Below, one piece after another: positions 32,284 to 40,353 of a DNA stretch of 64,000 nucleotides. The position numbers and the translations under genes are program-made. Numbering within the stretch: position 1 is the stretch's first letter; each line of letters opens with the position of its first letter. Source of the stretch: an uncultured bacterium (GTDB lineage Bacteria > Pseudomonadota > Alphaproteobacteria > Sphingomonadales > Sphingomonadaceae); contig CALOGB020000012.1 of assembly GCA_942636505.2 (NCBI GenBank), positions 2,657 through 66,656 of the forward strand, read 5' to 3'. Below the pieces are notes generated by a model. The model saw only the letters and a list, made by a program, of their open reading frames with translations. It searched no databases and was not told the origin of the DNA.

Positions 32284-32695
32284 CCGTCCATCCACGAGCC
32301 TTCCGCTCGATACACACTCGTTGGGGACCGCTTGTTCGTCGGTGCGCCCAGCTCACGCCGATGCACCGCTAGGCAAGGGCAAGACGTTTTCATCTTACCA
32401 ACCTGCCGGTGTTTCGCCAGCGGGCATTCGTAAGATATTGCCAATCGCATTGAGCTTCAAATCACCTTAAAATAACAAGGCAAGCCGCAGCGAAGCGAAG
32501 GTGCAGCCTCGTGCCGACGCAGTCGGCACATACCTGACCGGACATGAGCAACGCGCTAGGATCCACGCAAAGCGGGAATCCTCCAAATCGCAAATCGCCT
32601 ATGGCTTGACGCCGTGAAACGGTGGCTGGCCATCGCACCTTGACGAGGTCGAGGTGCCTGCGCGTCGGCTGTTGTCACAAGGACACTCTGCGATC

Positions 32696-33931
32696 TCACG
32701 CGACGCTAGAACGAACCCGGTCTGCGCGGAGCATCACCCTCTTGGCCAGGGCTTCACCAACCGCGGTATCCGAAGGCATCGTGTCGATAGCATCCATGAG
32801 TGATGTCGTGACCCGCGCGATCCTTTGGCGAAGCAAGGGATAGGTGATCCCTGCGCTCTCTGCGAATGCCTTCCATGTATCTTTGGTAACCTCGTCGATC
32901 GTGCCCGCGCTTCCCAGCCTCATGGCCATGCGTGATGCTAACGCAGGCCAATGGATCGTCGAGAGCAGATCATAGAACGGTGCCAGCCGTGGTCCACGGT
33001 CGTCTAGCACGAACGAGAAGTTCTTGCCGTGGGCGTCTGCGTTGCCGATCACGAGATTGAAGATCGCCACGTCGACCAGGTTCAACACCGCCGGCGCCGG
33101 TACCCTGACATAGGCCCGCGTCAGCGCGAACAGGTCGCGGAACGCTGGACCACCTTCTGCTGCGTACTTGCGCTCCGGTGGTACGCCCAGCGCCTGACAC
33201 GCGTCCTCCTGATGAAGCCGCGACGTGATGCCGCCCTCGGTGGTTACACGATCATAGCGTTCGACGAGCAGATACGGATGCCGCTCCGCCTGTCGTGCTT
33301 CGGCATGTGCCGTCGGCAGACCAACGCGGGCGGCGAGCGTCATGCACCACGCCTCGTTCTGAACCGAACCGGCAAAGCGTTCGATCTCCGGCTTGATGAT
33401 GTGGGTGGTCGGCTGCCCTGGTGCGGGGAGTGCCGGGTTTCCGTCGACCAGCACAACGGGAATCTTGGCCTGGGCACCAGCGAGGCTCAGGCGCAGTCCA
33501 TCCTCACCGGCAAGTAAGGGGCGGCCGGGTAACCTCGTGAGAATGTCGGCCAGCGCGCCATCGCTTAGAACGCGCGGTGCGCCAGTCGTCGAACGTTCCG
33601 GTGGATCCTGCCCTGGCGGCAATAGCATGATCGCGCCTGCGACATCGCCACCGAGGCGATCCAGCAAGGCGAAGTCATTGGCAACCGAAACACCCAATGC
33701 CGCCGCGGCGCCTTGTCGCTGGTCGGCTTCGGGCAACAATCCCCCGAAGAACGGACGGCAGGCCGCGCGGTTGAAGGGCTCATCGCGTAGCGGCAGGGAG
33801 CGGGACAACGGCCTGTTGTCGCTGCTTACCCACGCGGGGTCATATCCAAAGCTCAGATCGCCACTACGATCCTGAGTCAGCAGGCCGACGACGGCCTGGT
33901 CCCACCACACGACAAGCGCGCGGTCGGTCAA
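32696..33931 (-). CDS. hipA: type II toxin-antitoxin system HipA family kinase toxin
   Basis: SLAGAQAKIPV, HQEDACQALG, IGNADAHGKNFSF and APFYDLLST. Confidence 0.9.
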   Translation of the reverse strand: MTDRALVVWWDQAVVGLLTQDRSGDLSFGYDPAWVSSDNRPLSRSLPLRDEPFNRAACRPFFGGLLPEADQRQGAAAALGVSVANDFALLDRLGGDVAGAIMLLPPGQDPPERSTTGAPRVLSDGALADILTRLPGRPLLAGEDGLRLSLAGAQAKIPVVLVDGNPALPAPGQPTTHIIKPEIERFAGSVQNEAWCMTLAARVGLPTAHAEARQAERHPYLLVERYDRVTTEGGITSRLHQEDACQALGVPPERKYAAEGGPAFRDLFALTRAYVRVPAPAVLNLVDVAIFNLVIGNADAHGKNFSFVLDDRGPRLAPFYDLLSTIHWPALASRMAMRLGSAGTIDEVTKDTWKAFAESAGITYPLLRQRIARVTTSLMDAIDTMPSDTAVGEALAKRVMLRADRVRSSVA

Positions 33932-34197
33932 TGCTCAAGACCATCAAGGCTCAGCATCAACCCCAGTGCGGCAAGGACCGCCATCGCCTTGCCAAGCTGG
34001 ATGGTCGGCTTGCCCGCTTCGAGCTCGATTACGAACCGCGTGCCCACGCCTGCGACACCGGCGAGTTCCTCCTGGCGCAAGCCTTGCGCTTTGCGGGCGG
34101 CTCGGACTGCGGCGCCGAGTTCATACGTGGTGGCGAAGCTTTTGAATATCATCCTGATCGGGAAGATAGCGAATATATACGCCAGCGCAACCACCAT
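33928..34197 (-). CDS. hipB: HipB-like XRE-family antitoxin
   Basis: LGAAVRAARKAQGLRQEELAGVAGVGTRFVIELEAGKPTIQL. Four-nt overlap with the hipA start. The true start may be the internal ATG at 34152. Confidence 0.8.
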   Translation of the reverse strand: MVVALAYIFAIFPIRMIFKSFATTYELGAAVRAARKAQGLRQEELAGVAGVGTRFVIELEAGKPTIQLGKAMAVLAALGLMLSLDGLEH

Positions 34198-34336
34198 TAT
34201 TCCCGATCAGGAACATCGGTGTTGGTGTTCAGTGATAGGAGCTTCAAGATCCCGACCGGTAACATCATCACGGAAATGATCCCGCCCCTCACCTCTCAAT
34301 CTCCAGTGCCACGACCAGTCTCGGCGGTTTAACTAT

Positions 34337-34666
34337 TCAACTAATGGGAAGGTGGCGATCCAGTCGGGCATGCAGCAGCGTTATCAACGCCGGGTCCATG
34401 AACGCATAGTCGTCCGGTATGTCGAGACAGATCAGGCGCTTGCCGTTGAGCGACGATCGAAACCGTTGCTGCACCTTCCGGCGGTGGATTTTCTCCATCA
34501 CGACGATGACATCGGCCCACCTGACCAGCTCCGAGGTCAGCGGGTTCTCTGCATCGTTGTTCGTACCAGCGGAGTCGACCTCGAGATCGGGACGCGACGC
34601 GAAGACCTGTTCGGCGGTCGGACTACGGAGGCGGTTTTGGCTGCACACGAACAGAATCTTCTTCAC
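34337..34666 (-). CDS. small low-molecular-weight phosphatase-like protein (Cys-X5-Arg)
   Basis: VKKILFVCSQNRLRSPTAE (CX5R P-loop) and DIPDDY. GTG 34666 is preceded by GAGG at a 9-nt spacing. Length is about 109 aa. Confidence 0.7.
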   Translation of the reverse strand: MKKILFVCSQNRLRSPTAEQVFASRPDLEVDSAGTNNDAENPLTSELVRWADVIVVMEKIHRRKVQQRFRSSLNGKRLICLDIPDDYAFMDPALITLLHARLDRHLPIS

Positions 34667-34832
34667 ACTACCGCACCTCAAGGCCGACTTGTTTTCGATC
34701 GCGACCGCGTATCGGTCGGCGTCGTCGTGGCACGCATCATACGTAGATGGCCACTGGTCGCCCAGCGGGAGGACATGAGGGAGGCCGCACGCCGCGGGAT
34801 CGTTGTCGAGCCTCACAGGGAGCCACGCAGCA

Positions 34833-35754
34833 ATGAAACTCGACCAGATCGCCCACGAATCGCCGCCGAGATCCAGGCCGACGCAAAGGCTGTCGAGAAC
34901 GCGGCGGACGCAAAGATGCCGGGTCTCATACCCGGACCGTTCGGGATGGCGATCGCGATGGTCGATTGCTCGTTGATCCAGGCCGGATCACCAGAAACCT
35001 TCCCGATCCAGAGCATCTCGAAGGTCTTTGCGCTCAGCCTGGCGCTGGAGAAACTTGGCGATACGGTGTTCGAACGGGTGGGGCGCGAGCCCTCGGGCGA
35101 TTCGTTCAATTCGGTGCTCGATCTTGAGCGAACCCAAGGCATTCCGCGCAACCCGTTCATCAACGCCGGCGCGCTGGTCGTCGTCGACATGCTGGTCGAG
35201 CAGTTTGGCGATCGTGCGCGAAATGCCGTGCTCGATCTCGTGAAGGGCGGGATCAAGGATGCTAGGTCGAAAGCGGAAGTGATGCTCGACCCGGAGGTAT
35301 TGAACGAGGGCGGCGACCTCAACCGCGCGATGCTTCATTTTATGATGCATCACGACAATGTGTGCTCGCCGATCGACGCGATCATGGACGCTTATGCGCG
35401 GCAGTGCGCGGTCAGCGTGGATTGCGTCGGGCTTGCACAGGCCGGATGCTACTTGGCCGATACGCGCATCGCTGCCAACGCTGCGAACGATCGCGCCAAG
35501 CGCATGCGAACGACGCTCGCGCTAATGATGACGTGCGGCCATTACGACGGTTCGGGCGACTCCGCCGTCCGTGTCGGGCTTCCCGCCAAGAGCGGCGTCG
35601 GGGGCGGCATCCTGGCGATCGCGCCCGGCATTGCCTCGATCGCAGTGTGGTCGCCCAATCTGGATCAGCACGGCATTCGATTCTCGGCGTGTGTGCGCTC
35701 GAGATGCTCAACGCGCGCACCGGCTGGTCCGTCTTTGGTCCACCGGTCGACTGA
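34833..35754 (+). pseudogene. glsA: glutaminase A, frameshifted
   Basis: FPIQSISKVF, GREPSGDSFNS, GIPRNPFINAGAL and GLPAKSGVGGGILA are in one frame. The expected C-terminus SILGVCALEMLNARTGWSVF continues in another frame after about 35675. A possible second shift lies near 34859. Confidence 0.7.
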
Positions 35755-35825
35755 AAGGAGCGCCTCCGCACGCGCTTGCCGCCGAAGCGAACCTAGCACA
35801 TGATCCCTGAAAAGGGGGAACGCGC

Positions 35826-36857
35826 GTGAACAAGTGGCTGCTGATATTAGCGCTGGTCATCGCAACACCGGTCGCAGCGCGGGATCTAAGCGTACCGGCC
35901 GACAAGGGCTGGAAACATGCCGAAACCGGACTGATCCTTATGCCGCAACTGGCCGGTCTTTCGCGCACCACGCTCACCGATGCGACCGAGACCGAGCATG
36001 ACGTGGCTGCGCAATATGACGTGGCGGACAAGAGCGTGTTCGCGACGATCTACCTCTTCCACCCGGCAATTCCCGACGTGGCGTTGTGGTTCGATCGGTC
36101 GCAGACCGCACTCGAAACCCGCGACATCTTCCGCCATTCCGCCCCGGCGAGCGCCGATCCGATCGCCTTCGACGCAACGAACGGTGGGACGGCAACGTCC
36201 CTGCGCCAGGTCTATGCCACCCCCGGCGGCGCATATCGGAGCACGGCCCTTGCGGTCGTGCCGGTCGGCGAATGGATCGTCAGCATCCGCATGAGTGCGA
36301 AGACACTGACAGCGGACCAGCTCGACGCCAGCCTGCAACAGGTGATCAAGGCTGTCCGTTGGCCGCCCTCCACTGCCACCGCAACCATCGCGGCCGCGCC
36401 GGTCAAGACTTGCGCCACGCCGCTGACCTTCACCAAGGCCAAACAGGCCAAACCAAACGGTGGCGACCTCCTAATGTCGCTGATGGCCAGCACCATGGCA
36501 GCGAAGGCAAAAACGGAGGAGAAGCCGACTCCGCCCGTGCCGCATCCAAGCTGGTGTCGCGACGGCAGCGCGAGCACCGAATACGGCGTCTATCGGTCGA
36601 GCGCGGGCACGGGCGGCTACGTCATGGCACTCTACGATGCCGGTCGGGTCGTCAGCGTCTATCCTTCGGTGATGGGCCAGATCGACAAGAGCGGGACCTA
36701 TGCGGTGTCGTTGGAGGATGTCGAAGGCACGACGTCCGTCTTTCCGTCGTTCACAGCCCTGCCCTCGCCCAAGCAGGTGTGGGATCTGGTCGGGAGCGGC
36801 AAACGCAGCGGTACGATGAAGGGCAAGCAGATGACGATCTACCCGAAAGCTTTCTAA
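35826..36857 (+). CDS. hypothetical secreted protein
   Basis: GTG start and signal peptide MNKWLLILALVIATPVAA. No recognisable motif. Confidence 0.5.
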   Translation: MNKWLLILALVIATPVAARDLSVPADKGWKHAETGLILMPQLAGLSRTTLTDATETEHDVAAQYDVADKSVFATIYLFHPAIPDVALWFDRSQTALETRDIFRHSAPASADPIAFDATNGGTATSLRQVYATPGGAYRSTALAVVPVGEWIVSIRMSAKTLTADQLDASLQQVIKAVRWPPSTATATIAAAPVKTCATPLTFTKAKQAKPNGGDLLMSLMASTMAAKAKTEEKPTPPVPHPSWCRDGSASTEYGVYRSSAGTGGYVMALYDAGRVVSVYPSVMGQIDKSGTYAVSLEDVEGTTSVFPSFTALPSPKQVWDLVGSGKRSGTMKGKQMTIYPKAF

Positions 36858-36883
36858 CCAGGGCGCCTGCCCGAACTGAAGGG

Positions 36884-37591
36884 TCAACCGCGATTGATAC
36901 GATCGATCAGCGCGGGCAGTTCGGCGAGGCTTCCCAGCGTCTCGAAACGATCGGAATCCTCAGGGGGCGTCGCATGTTCATGAGCCCACGCGCCGTCCTG
37001 TGGAATATAGGCCGCCCATGCCCCAGCCTCCAGCGCCGGACGCACGTCGGAGCGCATCGAGTCCCCTGCCATCACCACCTCGGCAGGCTGCACCGCATAT
37101 CGCTTGAACAGCCGCGTGAAGGTATCGGCGGTCTTGTCGCTGACGATCTCGACACCGGCAAACCGATCGCCGAGGCCAGATGCGGCAAGCTTCGCCTCCT
37201 GATGCAATAGGTCGCCCTTCGTAACGAGGACAAGCCGACCGCGATCCGCCAGATCCTCCAGCGTCTGCGCGATCCCGTCGAATAGCTCGACCGGGTGCGC
37301 GAGCAGCAACCGGCCTGCCGCCAGGATGTCCGCGACCATAGTCGGCTTTAGGTCGGCACCGCAAAGCTCGATCGCAGTTTCGATCATCGAAAGCGTGAAG
37401 CCCTTGGCGCCGTACCCGTAGAGCGGCAGGTTACGCGCCTCGCATGCTTCCAGCGCTGGGCGAGCAACGTGCGCGTCGGCGAACGGGCGCAACATCTCGA
37501 GCAGCGCATCCTCGACTGCATTGAAATGCCGCATATTGTGCCAGAGCGTGTCGTCGGCATCGAGGCAGATGAGGCGTATTGTCATCGTCAC
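36884..37591 (-). CDS. HAD-superfamily hydrolase
   Basis: LICLDADDTLW (DxDxT), VLVTKGD and MAGDSMRSDV. Confidence 0.85.
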   Translation of the reverse strand: MTMTIRLICLDADDTLWHNMRHFNAVEDALLEMLRPFADAHVARPALEACEARNLPLYGYGAKGFTLSMIETAIELCGADLKPTMVADILAAGRLLLAHPVELFDGIAQTLEDLADRGRLVLVTKGDLLHQEAKLAASGLGDRFAGVEIVSDKTADTFTRLFKRYAVQPAEVVMAGDSMRSDVRPALEAGAWAAYIPQDGAWAHEHATPPEDSDRFETLGSLAELPALIDRINRG

Positions 37592-37851
37592 GCTTTACGC
37601 CCCGGCATTCTGTCAAACCATGCCTATCCGCCTACAGCGGGCGCACCGGAGACCATCAAGCCAGATCGTCCAGAAACGTTCAGGCGATGCGAATACCATT
37701 CGCTCCCACACCTAGAAAAGCACCCCGCGTGGTTGCGTTTAGTTGTCAAATAGTTGCGCGTTTTTGATGATTTAGACGCAACTCGATGCCACCCGCATCC
37801 CACCGTCAGGCATGCAATCACCGATCGTCAACAACGAACGAAGGTCACATT

Positions 37852-38151
37852 ATGCTCGATAACTTACCTCAATCGTCCGCGTCGCTAAGGCTCTATCAGG
37901 TGAGCTACGAGACATGGATCCCTCCGGTGATCGTGGCAGCTAGGGCGCCCCAGCGTGCTGCGGCGATCGCAACTTACGGCCGGCCCCCGGTGCCGGGTTC
38001 ACCGGGGACTATCGTTATCGACGTCACAGATGAGTTCGTGGCGCTTTCACCGATAGCTGCATCGCATGTTCAAGCCCTGACCTCGGGAAGGGTAGAAGGC
38101 GTGGTATCTTATGACGCGGAGGATGGCTGGGCATACGACGCCCTGCGCTAA
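37852..38151 (+). CDS. hypothetical protein
   Basis: ATG 37852 is preceded by GAAGG. 99 aa with no recognisable motif. Confidence 0.35.
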   Translation: MLDNLPQSSASLRLYQVSYETWIPPVIVAARAPQRAAAIATYGRPPVPGSPGTIVIDVTDEFVALSPIAASHVQALTSGRVEGVVSYDAEDGWAYDALR

Positions 38152-39084
38152 ATCAACGCTCGATCGAGGTGGCTGACGGCTGAATACCGCGGTGGTGATG
38201 TGCCAGGTTCCAGTCTTTGTGATGCTTGGCGCACTCCAAGCCACCCTCCGGCAAACGACGGCTTGGTATAGAAATCGCGAAAGTGAGGCATGGCGGTTGG
38301 TTGCACCACGCAACCGGCCGCCGTCCGAGGCAGTCCGCGCCAACGAGAGGCTCGGAAATGGTGGGGCAAGGCTCGCAAGACAGCGCAAACGCTCACTCCG
38401 CAACTATGCGGCTACCACCACCGGTTATGCACTTTTCAGACCTCAAATCTAATTAGGTCCACTTCGTACCAAAATGAACAAAAAATAACCCCGTTATTAT
38501 ATATCTACTAAGTAAGATATATACCGGTTCCAGCGCGACTTTCACGATCAAGCTCGAACCCAGCGCAAGCCGAGAATCTCTGATGCGCGTACGCGAGCGC
38601 ACACGCCTAGCGCGCATACGCGAGCACGCGCACGAGACCTGAAATCCCGCGGCGATCAGCGCGAAGCGCGGCAATGCGGTTTAGGCTCGTTGATCCCCCG
38701 CCGATCGTGCTCAGGTCGGCCTATGCCGTGCCACCGCATTGCTGGCACCGAAGCGCGCATAGTGGGGCTTACGAAGGCTTCTTCGCCGGCAGAGGGTCGA
38801 CGGAAGGTACCAAGGGCTCGTTTAAGGCGCTTCCGGGCCCGCCAGGACGCCAAAAACTATAAATAGCTAGTCTCGCCCACCTCGCGCTTAGATTGCTGCT
38901 GTAGGGGCCTTAGCAGCGGGTCGCCACGCTTCGTTACCATCATAAGCCCATTCCGTTCGGCCTTGGCGTTGACGTTGGCGACGCAACGATGATCGACCTG
39001 CCCGGCCCTTGGGCCTCGCCTGCGCGCCTAACCGTCTTGGTTAAAGTTCAACGCGATTGGGTTGAGGCAAACTTGGTTCGGCGT

Positions 39085-39390
39085 TCAATGCGCTAGAATG
39101 ACGAATTTTGTGAATAGCACGCCGAAAGAGAACAGCGCGATCCCGGCAGCCATGCCTAACCCGGAAAGGATCCACGGGGATGTCGCCCATCCATCGAGCC
39201 TGTTCAAAGCCGCTAGATGTTGTTCCAGGGATTTCTCCATGATCTGCTGATTGAGTAGTTCAATTCGCTTGGCACGATTTTGCGACTCGTTGTCCTCTGC
39301 GAGCCGAGTTGTCAGCGTCGTCGGCTCGGATCGGGTCATGGATCGCTTCTCCATCTCGCGCTGCGTGTAATTGGAAGGTTGGCGACTCAT
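39085..39390 (-). CDS. small coiled-coil protein with C-terminal transmembrane anchor (cassette gene 3)
   Basis: Charged helical N-terminal half, then WILSGLGMAAGIALFSFGVLFTKFVIL. ATGA overlap with the upstream gene's stop. Confidence 0.45.
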   Translation of the reverse strand: MSRQPSNYTQREMEKRSMTRSEPTTLTTRLAEDNESQNRAKRIELLNQQIMEKSLEQHLAALNRLDGWATSPWILSGLGMAAGIALFSFGVLFTKFVILAH

Positions 39391-39767
39391 GTGATCCGCC
39401 ATGTCGCCAGAGGATGGCCTGTCACCGGTAATTCGACGATGCGAGCCGATGGGAGAATGCCGTGCCGTTGCGCACTCTCTAGCAGGCCACGCATGTTCGC
39501 ACGGCCAACGGGATTGGCGCTGTGCAGCACGACCAGCCTGAGTTGATCGAATCCTGTCGGCCGATCCATCGCTTCGTCTATCAGCAGATGCATACAGTGC
39601 TGCCCGCTCGGCAATGCGAAGCCAGCACCATCGCTACCGAGGTCGTGATCGAACGCTATTATCGTCGGTCGATACGAGCGGATTGCGGCTAGGAAAGCAG
39701 TTGCATCACGAACAACGTGCCAGTCCCAGGTGGGCGGAGACCTCTCGTCATCGAGAAATATTCGCAT
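39387..39767 (-). CDS. receiver-fold protein resembling the phage 'cyclic-phosphate processing receiver' (cREC) domain (cassette gene 2)
   Basis: MRIFLDDERSPPTWDWHVVRDA...IIAFDHDLGSDG...LVVLHSANPVGRANM matches my recollection of the cREC pattern (M-x-I-x-LDD-x-R...W...DHDLG...HS-x-NP-x-G). Confidence 0.45.
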   Translation of the reverse strand: MRIFLDDERSPPTWDWHVVRDATAFLAAIRSYRPTIIAFDHDLGSDGAGFALPSGQHCMHLLIDEAMDRPTGFDQLRLVVLHSANPVGRANMRGLLESAQRHGILPSARIVELPVTGHPLATWRIT

Positions 39768-39769
39768 AA

Positions 39770-39985
39770 TCAGATCTCGTTCTCGTATATCGCCTCCAGT
39801 TCTCGCGCGAGATCAGGGTGATTATTTTCAAAATAGTAAGAGATAACCCTGAGGAAGAACTTCCACCTGTGTGCGTATCCTTCTCTATGTTGAGCTATGC
39901 CAATCATCCCTAAAACCGGACTTAATACTAAAGCTGAAAAAGTCGCCTTACCCGACATGAACAAAACCCCATACCGCCATTGCAT
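39770..39985 (-). CDS. small hydrophobic-N-terminus protein (cassette gene 1)
   Basis: Contains FSALVLSPVLGMIGIA. Its stop is 2 nt before the next start. Low GC. Confidence 0.35.
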   Translation of the reverse strand: MQWRYGVLFMSGKATFSALVLSPVLGMIGIAQHREGYAHRWKFFLRVISYYFENNHPDLARELEAIYENEI

Positions 39986-40353
39986 TGCTGCGAGTCGGAC
40001 CTACCAATACATGGCCTATCTCCCGATGTCGCCCAAAGAAATATCATTCTGTTAGTCAACGGGTTAGAATCGCATAGTCAACCACACACATGCACTTGAT
40101 GGTTTTACTTATTAATAACGAACTGTAAGCCAGAAGATGACGTCTACACGGTCCATTGTGCTTCAACCGTGACCGGTTTTCCAAATCTTTTTGGCACGAA
40201 GTCCTAAAGGCAATCAATACCAAATGACCCGGGTACTGCCTATCGCCGGCGTCATAATCGAGCCCAAGCCATCCGCGGCTGACCAAGTTGTGGTAGACTT
40301 GGTTACCTTTTTCGCGCCTTATCGCCGCAAGTATCGCGAGGCGGGGGCGGAAA

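Noticed and set aside
38047-38403. 118-aa and 82-aa minus-strand ORFs, and several 60-90-aa ORFs, in the 38.0-39.1 kb gap
   Set aside because: None has an RBS or a recognisable motif, their reading frames overlap one another, and their compositions are Arg/Ser/Pro-rich. I treated the region as non-coding.
38949-38963. Possible attR: cattccgttcggcct resembles the tRNA-Ala 3' segment gattcccttcggctc
   Set aside because: Only about 11 of 15 positions match and flanking identity is absent. It is indistinguishable from chance by eye and needs a proper alignment.
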